DNA of 64,000 nucleotides from Terriglobales bacterium (lineage in GTDB: Bacteria > Acidobacteriota > Terriglobia > Terriglobales > Acidobacteriaceae), in assembly GCA_035280205.1 (NCBI GenBank), contig DATEGI010000046.1, positions 4,698 through 68,697 of the forward strand, in the 5' to 3' direction. Both the position numbers and the translations under genes were made by a program. Position 1 is the first letter of the stretch; each line of letters opens with the position of its first letter. The notes under the pieces were generated by a model. The model worked only from the letters and a program-made list of their open reading frames with translations. It ran no database searches and had not been told where the DNA came from. Below are positions 19,162 to 28,140 of the stretch, one piece after another.

Positions 19162-21669
19162 ATGGATATGGCAGAGGCGAAGTTTGAGGTAGAAAGCGCG
19201 CCCGAGCAGGGGGAATACGCGGCGGCGCAAGATGCTGAGCGGCAAAGGGTTTTCGAGGCCTTTCGGCGCTGGGGATACTTGCAGGCCGATCTCGACCCGC
19301 TGGGCTTGTTCCGTCCACACCCTCATCCGGAGTTGCAACTGAGCGGCCCGGCGGCGCAGGAGGCGCGGCGCTATTACTGCGGCAGCATTGGAGCGGAATT
19401 CGCGCACATTTCTGACCCGGAACGGCGGCGCTGGATTGAGCAGCGCATGGAATCACCGGCTCCGGCTCTGGACCAGCGGCACATCCTGGAGCGGCTGATT
19501 CGCGCCGATCTGTTTGAGCAGGTGATGCAGTCGCGGTACCTGGGCAGCAAGCGCTTCTCGCTGGAAGGCATTACGGTGTTAATCCCCCTGCTCGACGAGT
19601 TGCTCGAGGGAGCCGCGGAGCACGGCGCCGAGCAGGCTGTACTGGGTATGAGCCATCGCGGGCGGCTCAATGTGATGGCACATATCGTGGGTCGCGCGCC
19701 AGCCGAAATTTTCGCCAACTTTGAAGATGTGGACCCGCGCAGTGTGCTGGGCGGCGGCGACGTGAAGTACCACATGGGCGCCACCGGCGTGTACACCACC
19801 GAGCACGGGCGCAGCATCAACATCCACCTGGTTTCCAATCCCAGCCATCTCGAAGCGGTTGACCCGGTGGCTCTGGGGCGCGTTCGCGCCAAGCAGATTC
19901 GCGCGGGAAAGGACGGCACGGCGCGATTCCTGGCTATCGTCATGCACGGCGATGCGGCCTTTGCCGGCCAGGGCATCTGGGCCGAGACGCTGAACTTCGC
20001 CGGGCTGAAGGGCTACTCGGTGGGTGGCGCCATCCATATCATTGTCAACAACCTGATTGGCTTCACTACTACACCGCCGGAACTGCACACGGCGCGGTTC
20101 TGCGCCGACCTGGCGCGCCGTCAAGACATCCCCATCTTCCACGTCAACGGCGAAGATCCTGACGCGGTGGTGCGCGTGGCGCGCATGGCATTGGAGTACC
20201 GGTATCAGTTTGGCAGCGATGTGATTATTGACGTCATCGGCTACCGGCGGCATGGGCATAGCGAAATTGATGATCCCACCATCACCCAGCCGCTGCTCTA
20301 TAAGGCGATCGAGGAGCATCCCCCGCTGTGGCAGATTTACGCCGAGGACATTGGCGTTGACCCCAAGGCCCAGGCAGAGCAGGTGCGCGCCGAATACGAC
20401 CAGGGCCAGAAGGAAGCCAAGGGGCTGACCAAAAAGCCCAGCCTGCGCAGCCTGCCGGATTACTGGGCCAACTTCAAAGGCGGACGCTACAAGCCGGAGT
20501 ACGAGGTGGACACCGGCATCGCGGCGGAGGAGATTGCCGCGCTCACGGAAAAGCTCACCACCTACCCGGCGGACTTTCACATCCATCCCAAGATCAAGCG
20601 ACTGCTGCAGCAGCGCGCCGAGATGGGCGCGGGCAAGCGGGCGGTGGATTATGGCATGGCCGAGGCGCTGGCGTTTGCCTCGCTGTTGAAGCAGGGCACG
20701 CCGGTGCGCATGAGCGGGCAGGACACGCAACGCGGCACCTTCAATCAGCGTCACGCGGTGCTGGTGGATGTCGAGAACGAAAGCCGCTACATCCCGCTCT
20801 GCCATATAAGCCCGGACCAGGGACGTTTTGAAATCTACAACTCGACACTTTCGGAAGCAGGGCCGCTGGGGTTCGAATACGGCTACAGCCGGGATTATCC
20901 GGAAACGTTGGTTCTGTGGGAGGCGCAGTTCGGCGACTTCGCCAACGGTGCGCAGATAGTGATTGATCAGTTCATCAGTTCAGGCGAAGACAAATGGGGG
21001 CTGCTTTCCGGTCTGGTGCTGCTGCTGCCCCACGGCCATGAAGGCCAGGGGCCGGAGCATTCGAGCGCCCGCATTGAGCGCTACCTGCAATTGGCGGCGC
21101 GCGAGAATTTCCAGATTTGCCAGCCTTCCACCGCCGGTCAGTACTTCCACCTGCTGCGGCGGCAGGCGCTGCGCAAGTGGCGCAAGCCGCTGGTGGTGTT
21201 CACGCCCAAGAGCATGTTGCGCCATCCCGATGCTTCCTCGCCGGTGACGGAGCTGTCGCGTCCGCGGTTTCTGCCGGTGCTGCCCGATAGCGAAGTGCAG
21301 AATGCAGAACGCCTCATCCTCTGCACCGGCAAGATCGGGCACGAGTTGCGGGTCGAGCGCAAGCGCCGTAAGGAGAGCGCTGCCGCCATTGTTTTCCTGG
21401 AACAGCTCTATCCCTTCCCTGAAGCGGAGCTGGCGGCGGAACTGGAACGTCACAAGTCGGCACAGGACATCTTGTGGGTGCAGGAAGAGCCCGCCAACAT
21501 GGGCGCGCTATGGTACGTCATGCCGCGCCTGCAGCGACTGGCGGGCAGTTCCCGCCACGTGCTCTCGGTGAAGCGCTCCGGCAGCGCCAGTCCCGCCACC
21601 GGTTCCGGCAAAGCACACGAGATGGAGCAAAAAACGCTGCTCACGCTGGCGTTTACCACCGGGAAGTAG
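19162..21669 (+). CDS. sucA: 2-oxoglutarate dehydrogenase E1 component (short form, 835 aa)
   Basis: Strong family resemblance throughout (GMSHRGRLNV, HGDAAFAGQG, EAQFGDFANGAQ, LLPHGHEGQGPEHSS). Confidence 0.92.
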   Translation: MDMAEAKFEVESAPEQGEYAAAQDAERQRVFEAFRRWGYLQADLDPLGLFRPHPHPELQLSGPAAQEARRYYCGSIGAEFAHISDPERRRWIEQRMESPAPALDQRHILERLIRADLFEQVMQSRYLGSKRFSLEGITVLIPLLDELLEGAAEHGAEQAVLGMSHRGRLNVMAHIVGRAPAEIFANFEDVDPRSVLGGGDVKYHMGATGVYTTEHGRSINIHLVSNPSHLEAVDPVALGRVRAKQIRAGKDGTARFLAIVMHGDAAFAGQGIWAETLNFAGLKGYSVGGAIHIIVNNLIGFTTTPPELHTARFCADLARRQDIPIFHVNGEDPDAVVRVARMALEYRYQFGSDVIIDVIGYRRHGHSEIDDPTITQPLLYKAIEEHPPLWQIYAEDIGVDPKAQAEQVRAEYDQGQKEAKGLTKKPSLRSLPDYWANFKGGRYKPEYEVDTGIAAEEIAALTEKLTTYPADFHIHPKIKRLLQQRAEMGAGKRAVDYGMAEALAFASLLKQGTPVRMSGQDTQRGTFNQRHAVLVDVENESRYIPLCHISPDQGRFEIYNSTLSEAGPLGFEYGYSRDYPETLVLWEAQFGDFANGAQIVIDQFISSGEDKWGLLSGLVLLLPHGHEGQGPEHSSARIERYLQLAARENFQICQPSTAGQYFHLLRRQALRKWRKPLVVFTPKSMLRHPDASSPVTELSRPRFLPVLPDSEVQNAERLILCTGKIGHELRVERKRRKESAAAIVFLEQLYPFPEAELAAELERHKSAQDILWVQEEPANMGALWYVMPRLQRLAGSSRHVLSVKRSGSASPATGSGKAHEMEQKTLLTLAFTTGK

Positions 21670-21674
21670 AAAAA

Positions 21675-21716
21675 CAGTTGCCAGTGGTCAGTGGGCAGTG
21701 ATCAGTAGTCAGTTGC
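21675..21716. repeat. Heptad array CAGTTGC CAGTGGT CAGTGGG CAGTGAT CAGTAGT CAGTTGC
   Basis: Six consecutive CAGTnnn units read directly, starting 6 nt after the sucA stop. Confidence 0.9.
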
Positions 21717-21756
21717 CAACCTGGGATACCAAGCCAGAGGCCGTCTTCAAGAGAAC

Positions 21757-21791
21757 CTGGGTACTGGGTACCAGGTACTAGGTACCGGCTA
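21757..21791. repeat. Heptad array CTGGGTA CTGGGTA CCAGGTA CTAGGTA CCGGCTA
   Basis: Five consecutive units. The last units contain the stop codon and final codons of the hybrid kinase gene (minus strand). Confidence 0.9.
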
Positions 21792-24300
21792 CTGATTCCG
21801 AATCCAGCACTTCCCGCACCTTGCAGGCCAGCGCATCCAAGCTGAAAGGTTTCTGCAGGAAAGCAGTGCCGGGATCGAGCACTCCGTGGTGCACGATGGC
21901 GTCTTCGGTGTAGCCGGAGAGATAAAGCACGCGCATGCGGGGGCGGCTCCCGGCCATGCGTTTGGCAAGTTCCCGTCCGCTCATGCCGGGCATGACTACG
22001 TCGCTGATCATCAAGTCAATGTGGCAGTTGGCGGGAGCGGCCAAGGCCAGCGCTTCGTGCCCGTTTCCGGCAACCAGCACGTTGTAGCCCTGGGCTTTCA
22101 GCGCCTCAGCAATCAGCTCGCGCACCGATTCTTCATCCTCCACCAGCAGGATGCTCTCTGAGCCACGCAAACCCAGGCGTGTTTGCCGTTCGGGCACGCT
22201 CTCCGCGGCGGCTTCATCTACCCGCGGCAGGTAAATCTTGAAGCTGGTGCCCCGCCCCATCTCGCTATAGGCGAAAACATAGCCTCCGCTCTGCTTCACG
22301 ATCCCGTACACGGTGGAGAGCCCCAGCCCCGTGCCTTTGCCTTTTTCCTTGGTGGTGAAGAAGGGTTCAAATATCCGCAGCTGCGTTTCCGCATCCATGC
22401 CGCAGCCGGTGTCGCTCACCGCCAGCATCACGTAGCGGCCCGGCTTAACATTGGCATGGGCGCGCTGGTAGTTGTCATCCAGGTCGGCATTGCGGGTTTC
22501 GATAATAAGCTTGCCCCCGCTGGGCATGGCGTCGCGCGCGTTGACCGCCAGGTTCATGACCACCTGCTCCACCTGCCCGGGATCGGCCTTGGTGTGACCC
22601 AGCTTGGAATCGCGCGTGACCACAACCTCAATATCCTCGCCAATCAGCGGCCGCAACAGCTTGCTGATATCGGCCACAACGGCATTCAGATCAATTACCT
22701 TGAGCTCGAGCACCTGCTTGCGCCCAAAGGCCAGCAATTGACGGGTCAGTGTGGCAGCGCGCTGAGTTGCCTCCTGGATGGCTTCCGCTTTCTGGCGCCG
22801 CGGATCCGCCATTCCCAACTGGTTGAGCAGCACGTAGGTGTAGCCGCTGATCACCATCAGCAGGTTGTTGAAGTCGTGCGCCACGCCGCCGGCCAGCCGT
22901 CCCACCGCTTCCATCTTCTGTGCCTGACGGAACTGGTCTTCCAGAATGTGACGCTCGGTGACGTCCTCGGCGATAATCTCCAGCACTTCCTCTTCGCCTT
23001 CCTGGTTCACCGCTCGCCCACTCAGCCGTACCGTGATGGCTTTGCCATCCTTGCGCTTCCACTTCACTTCCAGGTTGTCCAGGCAGGAATGCCGCTCGTA
23101 CTCGCGGCGCAGCCGCTGACGGTCTTCCTCGCGCACATAAATGTCGGCTTTCGGATCCAGCGCCCGCACCTCCGCCGCAGAATCGTAGCCCAGCATGGAA
23201 ATCAGCGCCGGGTTCACATCCAGAAACTGCCCTTCCAGCGTGGAGCGATAAATGCCGTAAACCGCACTCTGCACCAACGAGCGGTAGCGCGCCTCCGAAG
23301 CGCGTAGCGCCTGCTCGTGCCGTTTGTGCTCGATGGCGGTGGCCACATGTTGCGAGACAAAGGTCAATATTTCCTTTTCCTTGGTCCCGAAGCGCACGTC
23401 ATCGCTGTAGCTTTGGACCACCAGCACACCGATGGCCGTGTTGCCCGTCTTCAGCGGCACCCCCAGCCAGTCAAGCGAGGGCGCCCCGATGCATTCCGCC
23501 TCGCCCCGCTGGACCATCTTTTCGAACACGTCAGGCGTGGCCAGCAGTGGCTCCCCCGAGCGCAGCACATATTCCGTCAGCCCCTTGCCCAGCGGCTTGG
23601 GCGCGGGCGTGGGGTCAATTTCGTCCACGAAATAGGGGAAGCTCAGCAGCTTGCTCTCCCGGTCATAAAGCGCGATGTAGAAATTGCGAGCGCAGGTCAA
23701 CTCGCCCACGATGCCGTGAATGGCGGCATAGAATTCCTGCAGCTCCCCGGCTGCGCTGGTTAACTTGGCGATTCGGTATAGCGCGGATTGCAGGGCTTCC
23801 GCCTGCTTGCGCTCGCTGATGTCGCGAAAAATAGCGTAAACGGCAACGTGTCCCCCGCCGACCTTCACCGGCATGCCCACGATGGAGACGTCCACCACCG
23901 TGCCGTCCTGGCGCATGCGCTTGCTTTCCAGGCTGATCTTCTGCCCCTTGCTCAGAGCGCTGTGGATGAACTCAACCTCGGCGCCGAGTCCGGGCGGGAC
24001 AATGAGCTCGCCCAGCATCCTACCCCGCGCTTGCTCCTGCATGTAACCGAACATGCGGGTAAATTCGGAGTTGACGTGGGTGATCCGATAAAGCGGGTCC
24101 AGAATGGCGATGGCCTCGGGCGCGCTCTGGAAAAGTTGTTCCAGGTAGGCTTTCTGCACCTGCAGGTCGGCTTCGGGCTCCAGCGTGCACACGCCCGCGG
24201 CGCTGTCACCATTCCTTGGCGGCAGAGCGTTTACTGAACTGTGCGCGACGGATTTGGTGCGAGTTTTTCTCTGCGCGGGGCGGGTGATTTTTTCACCCAT
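21778..24300 (-). CDS. Hybrid sensor histidine kinase/response regulator (PAS-GAF-PAS-HisKA-HATPase-REC)
   Basis: H-box HDFNNLLMVISGY, G-boxes GTGLGLS, C-terminal receiver (DLMISDVVMPGMSG). ATG at 24300 (MGEKITR) preferred over 24348. Confidence 0.9.
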   Translation of the reverse strand: MGEKITRPAQRKTRTKSVAHSSVNALPPRNGDSAAGVCTLEPEADLQVQKAYLEQLFQSAPEAIAILDPLYRITHVNSEFTRMFGYMQEQARGRMLGELIVPPGLGAEVEFIHSALSKGQKISLESKRMRQDGTVVDVSIVGMPVKVGGGHVAVYAIFRDISERKQAEALQSALYRIAKLTSAAGELQEFYAAIHGIVGELTCARNFYIALYDRESKLLSFPYFVDEIDPTPAPKPLGKGLTEYVLRSGEPLLATPDVFEKMVQRGEAECIGAPSLDWLGVPLKTGNTAIGVLVVQSYSDDVRFGTKEKEILTFVSQHVATAIEHKRHEQALRASEARYRSLVQSAVYGIYRSTLEGQFLDVNPALISMLGYDSAAEVRALDPKADIYVREEDRQRLRREYERHSCLDNLEVKWKRKDGKAITVRLSGRAVNQEGEEEVLEIIAEDVTERHILEDQFRQAQKMEAVGRLAGGVAHDFNNLLMVISGYTYVLLNQLGMADPRRQKAEAIQEATQRAATLTRQLLAFGRKQVLELKVIDLNAVVADISKLLRPLIGEDIEVVVTRDSKLGHTKADPGQVEQVVMNLAVNARDAMPSGGKLIIETRNADLDDNYQRAHANVKPGRYVMLAVSDTGCGMDAETQLRIFEPFFTTKEKGKGTGLGLSTVYGIVKQSGGYVFAYSEMGRGTSFKIYLPRVDEAAAESVPERQTRLGLRGSESILLVEDEESVRELIAEALKAQGYNVLVAGNGHEALALAAPANCHIDLMISDVVMPGMSGRELAKRMAGSRPRMRVLYLSGYTEDAIVHHGVLDPGTAFLQKPFSLDALACKVREVLDSESVAGT

Positions 24301-24549
24301 GGGAGATGCCCTCCGGGGTCGCCAAGCCAAACCCGATGGTAAGGTCAACTTGGGTTATCAGAAAGTTACCCTCGTAATAGGTGGTTCTCCCCACGCGGAG
24401 CTGGTGGCTACCGAACCGCGCTAGCGGATGAGGAAGCGAACCCACCGTGCGAATGCCAGCGCCCGGGAGTGGCTGCGAGCAGCAGCGGTTTGCGCACAGA
24501 CATCCAAACCGGGGTCGCGCGTAAAATTGAGGTGTTGGGGAGGCGCTTT

Positions 24550-24966
24550 ATGAAGGCGGAGCCGAAGCTCAATCAGGATATGACAGCCATCATCCACAAA
24601 ACCGGCGAGGATTGGGCTCACTACTGGAATTCGCGGCAGCCGGATAAGCTGGCGCAGCTTTATGCAGAAGACGCCGTGTACCTGCCGCCACATCACCCCG
24701 CGGTACACGGCCGCCAGGCCATTCGCGAATATCTAAGCCGGCCGTTGCACCACGACTACACTGACCTGAAGTTCGAAGTTACCTACATCAAGCAGACCGG
24801 CGACCTGGCATTCGACGTCGGTACCTACTCGATGAAGGTCCCCAAAGAGGGCGGCGGGCAGCGGCCCGACAAAGGCAAGTATCTGACGGTGTGGAAGAAA
24901 CATTCAGGCGGCGATTGGCACATCGTCGCCGACTCCTGGTCGAGCGATTTGGCACATAACCAGTAG
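24550..24966 (+). CDS. SnoaL-like / DUF4440 (NTF2-fold) protein
   Basis: GGGGAGG SD 8 nt upstream of ATG 24550. Pattern ...YAEDAVYLPP...GRQAIREY...GKYLTVWKK..GDWHIVADSW is typical of DUF4440. Confidence 0.7.
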   Translation: MKAEPKLNQDMTAIIHKTGEDWAHYWNSRQPDKLAQLYAEDAVYLPPHHPAVHGRQAIREYLSRPLHHDYTDLKFEVTYIKQTGDLAFDVGTYSMKVPKEGGGQRPDKGKYLTVWKKHSGGDWHIVADSWSSDLAHNQ

Positions 24967-24995
24967 TCAGGGGTCGGTAGTCAGGAGTCAGCGGG
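24961..24995. repeat. Heptad array CAGTAGT CAGGGGT CGGTAGT CAGGAGT CAGCGGG
   Basis: Read directly. It contains the stop codon TAG (24964-24966) of the DUF4440 gene and is the reverse-complement partner of 25152-25193. Confidence 0.85.
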
Positions 24996-25049
24996 GTTGG
25001 TTACAGCTCCAGGGGCTGTTCTTAAGTAAGAAAGTTCAACCAAGCGCTT

Positions 25050-25111
25050 GTCATCCTGAGAGAGCGCGAACCGAGCAGGAGCGAGGCAGGCGCGACCGAA
25101 GGACCTTTGCA
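25050..25111 (+). repeat. REP-like element GTCATCCTGAG...CGAAGGACCTTTGC (copy 1 of 3)
   Basis: Shares both termini with copies at 38942-38996 and 40125-40190, all in the same orientation. Confidence 0.85.
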
Positions 25112-25151
25112 TTTCCTGTTGCGCCATCTTCAGGCTTGGCATTCGCCTTCA

Positions 25152-25195
<44 letters not shown>

Positions 25196-25266
25196 CTTTG
25201 CCGAACTGAGCGCGCTGCTAATACAATGTCAAGTTTGCACTTATATCTTGATGCGAGGAGAACGGA

Positions 25267-25689
25267 ATGCAACGCAGAGCCAGTGCGGAGTGGAAGGGCA
25301 GTTTGAAGGAAGGCTCAGGGTCGGTGTCTTCCAGCAGCGGCGTGTTTTCCAAGACGCCATTTTCGTTTGGAACACGATTTGGTGATCAGCCGGGCACCAA
25401 CCCGGAAGAACTGATCGCGGCGGCGCACGCCGGCTGCTTTTCCATGGCGCTTTCGGCGCAGTTGGGGACTGCCAATCTGACGCCGGAGAGCATCAGGACC
25501 AATGCGACACTCACCCTGGAAAAGCTCGACTCCGGTTGGACCATTACCGCTGTTCATCTGGATGTGGTCGGCAAGGTTCCCAAGGCAGATGCGGCCACCT
25601 TCCAGAAGCTGGCGGATGCGGCCAAGACGGGCTGCCCGGTTTCCAAAGTGCTGAATGCGAAGATTACGATGAATGCGAAGTTAGAGTAG
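25267..25689 (+). CDS. osmC: OsmC family peroxiredoxin
   Basis: GAGGAG SD. Conserved Cys pair ([11 protein letters not shown] ... [10 protein letters not shown]) and OsmC-like length (140 aa). Confidence 0.9.
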   Translation: MQRRASAEWKGSLKEGSGSVSSSSGVFSKTPFSFGTRFGDQPGTNPEELIAAAHAGCFSMALSAQLGTANLTPESIRTNATLTLEKLDSGWTITAVHLDVVGKVPKADAATFQKLADAAKTGCPVSKVLNAKITMNAKLE

Positions 25690-25694
25690 TCGAG

Positions 25695-25768
25695 GTAGCG
25701 CCGGCGTCCCGCCGGCCCAAACTGCGGGCGGGACGTCCGCACGACAGCCGGCCAGAGGCCGGCGCTAC
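25695..25768. repeat. GC-rich branched palindromic element (GTAGCGCCGGC GTCCCGCC ... GGCGGGAC ... GCCGGCGCTAC)
   Basis: Outer 11-bp arms 25695-25705 / 25758-25768. Inner arms 25706-13 / 25727-34, and GCCGGC..GCCGGC at 25748-63. Located between osmC and msrB. Confidence 0.8.
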
Positions 25769-25805
25769 AAATGTGGCGACTCCCGACTACCTGGTGCGAC
25801 AACCA

Positions 25806-26201
25806 ATGGCCGACAAAATTACCAAATCCGAAGCTGAATGGCGTCAGCAGCTCTCACCGGAGGAGTACCACGTCACGCGGCAGAAAGGTACTGAGCCAGC
25901 CTTTAGCGGGCGCTACTGGAACTCCAAGGAGCACGGCACCTATAGGTGCGTGTGCTGCGGCGAGCCGCTGTTCAGTTCCGATACCAAGTACGAGTCAGGT
26001 ACCGGCTGGCCCAGCTTCTGGCAGCCGCTGGAGGAAGACCGGGTCGAGGCGCGAACCGACCGCAGCCACGGCATGGTCCGCGTGGAAGCCCTCTGCGCCC
26101 GCTGCGGCGCGCATTTAGGGCACGTCTTCGAAGACGGCCCGGCGCCCACCGGGCTGCGTTACTGCATGAACTCCGCCGCTCTCAAACTAGAAAACGACTG
26201 A
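25806..26201 (+). CDS. msrB: Peptide-methionine (R)-S-oxide reductase
   Basis: Two CxxC zinc motifs ([19 protein letters not shown]) and catalytic RYCMNS. The ORF-track extension back to 25536 just translates the REP hairpin. Confidence 0.93.
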   Translation: MADKITKSEAEWRQQLSPEEYHVTRQKGTEPAFSGRYWNSKEHGTYRCVCCGEPLFSSDTKYESGTGWPSFWQPLEEDRVEARTDRSHGMVRVEALCARCGAHLGHVFEDGPAPTGLRYCMNSAALKLEND

Positions 26202-26204
26202 ATT

Positions 26205-26345
26205 CACCACAGAGGACACTGAGGTCACGGAGAAGGCAATTTTAGAATCATTCACTACGAAGGCCAGATGGAACCCGGACATCCAATCGCACGTCCGTAT
26301 GATTTTTCCAAAGATTTTCTCTGTGGCCTCTGTGTCCTCCGTGGT
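26205..26345. repeat. Inverted repeat ACCACAGAGGACACTGAGGTCACGGAGAAGG ... TTCTCTGTGGCCTCTGTGTCCTCCGTGGT with about 80-nt spacer
   Basis: Arms 26205-26236 and 26317-26345 are imperfect reverse complements with heptad-like periodicity. Located between convergent msrB and tdh. Confidence 0.8.
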
Positions 26346-26360
26346 TAGATCCAGGTTTCG

Positions 26361-27413
26361 CTACTTCACGCCATTCGGGTAAAGCAGGATCTTGCTGGCC
26401 TCGCCCGTCCGCAGGCGCTCCATGCCCTTGCTGAAATCTTTCATGGACATGCGGTCGGTGATCACGGGGTGCAGATCGAGCTTGCCCGCCTTCAACAGGG
26501 CAGTCATCTGGTACCAGGTCTGGTACATGCGCCGGCCGTTGATGCCCTGGATGGTGATGCCTTTAAAGATGATGTCTTCGGAGAAGTTCAAGGCGATGGG
26601 TTTGGAGGTCAGGCCCAGAAGGGAAATGCGGCCGCCGCGGCGCACGATGTTGAAAGCTGTTCGGATGGCGTCGGGGTGGCCGGCCATCTCCAGCACCACA
26701 TCCACGCCCAGGCCGCCGGTGTGGTCCATGACAAACGTTCGCACGTCCTCGGTTTTGGGATCGAGAACGTAATCCGCCTTCATCTGCTGCGCAATCTTGC
26801 GCCGGTACTGGTTGGTTTCGATGGCGTAAACCCCGGTCGCTCCGCAGGCGCGGGCCACGGCAATGGCAAACAGCCCGATGGGGCCGCAGCCCGTGATGGC
26901 GACGGTTTTGGCCGCGATTTCGCCCGCCAGCACCGTATGCACCGCGTTGCCCAGGGGATCGAGGATGGAGGCGTATTCCTGGGGAATCTCCGGATCCAGC
27001 TTCCAGATATTGGACTCGGGAATGCGCACGTACTCAGCGAAGGCGCCGTTGTCATCCACGCCGATGATCTTCACGAACTGGCAGATGTGAGCTTCGCCGG
27101 TGCGGCATTGCAGGCACTTGCCGCAGGCCACGTGCATTTCCGCCGAGACGAAGTCGCCTTCCTTGACGCTGGTGACCTCTGCGCCTACCGCCGCCACTAC
27201 GCCGCAGAACTCGTGCCCGGGAATGAGCGGCGGGTGGATGCGGCGCTGCGCCCAGGGGTCCCAGTTATAGATGTGCAGGTCGGTGCCGCAGACAGAGGCG
27301 ACCTTTACCTTGACCAGAACGTCCGTCAGGCCGATCTTTGGGACGGCAACATCGCGAACTTCCGCGCCCGGCTTCGGCTCGGGCTTCACCACGGCCAGCA
27401 TGGTTTCAGCCAT
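26361..27413 (-). CDS. tdh: L-threonine 3-dehydrogenase (Zn-dependent MDR family)
   Basis: CGTDLHIY, GHEFCG and NAD-binding GCGPIGL motifs; 350 aa. Confidence 0.92.
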   Translation of the reverse strand: MAETMLAVVKPEPKPGAEVRDVAVPKIGLTDVLVKVKVASVCGTDLHIYNWDPWAQRRIHPPLIPGHEFCGVVAAVGAEVTSVKEGDFVSAEMHVACGKCLQCRTGEAHICQFVKIIGVDDNGAFAEYVRIPESNIWKLDPEIPQEYASILDPLGNAVHTVLAGEIAAKTVAITGCGPIGLFAIAVARACGATGVYAIETNQYRRKIAQQMKADYVLDPKTEDVRTFVMDHTGGLGVDVVLEMAGHPDAIRTAFNIVRRGGRISLLGLTSKPIALNFSEDIIFKGITIQGINGRRMYQTWYQMTALLKAGKLDLHPVITDRMSMKDFSKGMERLRTGEASKILLYPNGVK

Positions 27414-27534
27414 TCAGGTGTCTCACCTTCCGTTCCTACGCGCCGGGGATGCGGAGTGCAGCAGGAAACCCTTGATTCTAACATTCGTGTGAGACTTCGT
27501 TATGTGCTCCACCGGTCACCATTGGCCTAGGGGA

Positions 27535-28053
27535 TCACGGCTTGTACTTCTCCTGCCCGGGCTTGGGCACGCTCAGCGATTTCCAGCGCGGACCGCACAA
27601 GTGCTTTGCCACGTAGGCAATCTGCCCAATGTGGTAGCTGTAGTGCAGTGAAGCCACGTTGAGGGCCTTCAGCACGGAATAGGGCTCGCCGCGAATCGTA
27701 ACGGTGCGCTCCACGTCTTGCGGCCGCAGAGCCTCCAGGCTGCGGAACAAAATGGCCCAACCCTCCTCCCAGGAGCGCATCAGTTGGGCGCGGGTAGCGT
27801 CCGTCGCGTCTGCGAACTCCTGCTCGCGATGGCGGTCGGATTTCTCTCCATCGCTGGTTAGGAAGTCCGTGAAGCGCGAGCGCAGGTTGCCTGCGATGTG
27901 CTTGACGAGCAGAGCGCAGCTGAGCGATTCCGCATCGGGCTTGCCAAAAAACTCGTCGTCATTGACCTGTGCCAGCGCGCCTTCGGCAAGCTTTTTATAG
28001 GCGCGCAGGGCGCGAGTCGCTTCTGAGAGATAAGCCGCAGATATGTCGTTCAT
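27535..28053 (-). CDS. DinB-like / DUF1572 family protein
   Basis: Four-helix-bundle DinB-like pattern with conserved His residues (LVKHIAGNL ... HYSYHIGQI). Confidence 0.72.
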   Translation of the reverse strand: MNDISAAYLSEATRALRAYKKLAEGALAQVNDDEFFGKPDAESLSCALLVKHIAGNLRSRFTDFLTSDGEKSDRHREQEFADATDATRAQLMRSWEEGWAILFRSLEALRPQDVERTVTIRGEPYSVLKALNVASLHYSYHIGQIAYVAKHLCGPRWKSLSVPKPGQEKYKP

Positions 28054-28140
28054 GCGAAGTATTTTATCGAGGCCCTCCCGCCGGCGGACGCCTTTCGTAA
28101 CTTGTGAGCCGGGGTAGCCGCCGTGATTAAATCTTTACAA

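Noticed and set aside
18901-19407. N-terminal extension of the GAF histidine kinase ORF to 19407 (or 19149).
   Set aside because: The extension would overlap the sucA start (19162) on the other strand and translates into Arg/Leu-rich low-complexity sequence. ATG 18900 leaves a normal divergent promoter region. ATG 19149 cannot be fully excluded.
25536-25805. 90-aa N-terminal extension of the msrB ORF.
   Set aside because: It overlaps the osmC 3' end and then translates the GC-rich palindromic element. The canonical MsrB sequence starts at [12 protein letters not shown] (25806).
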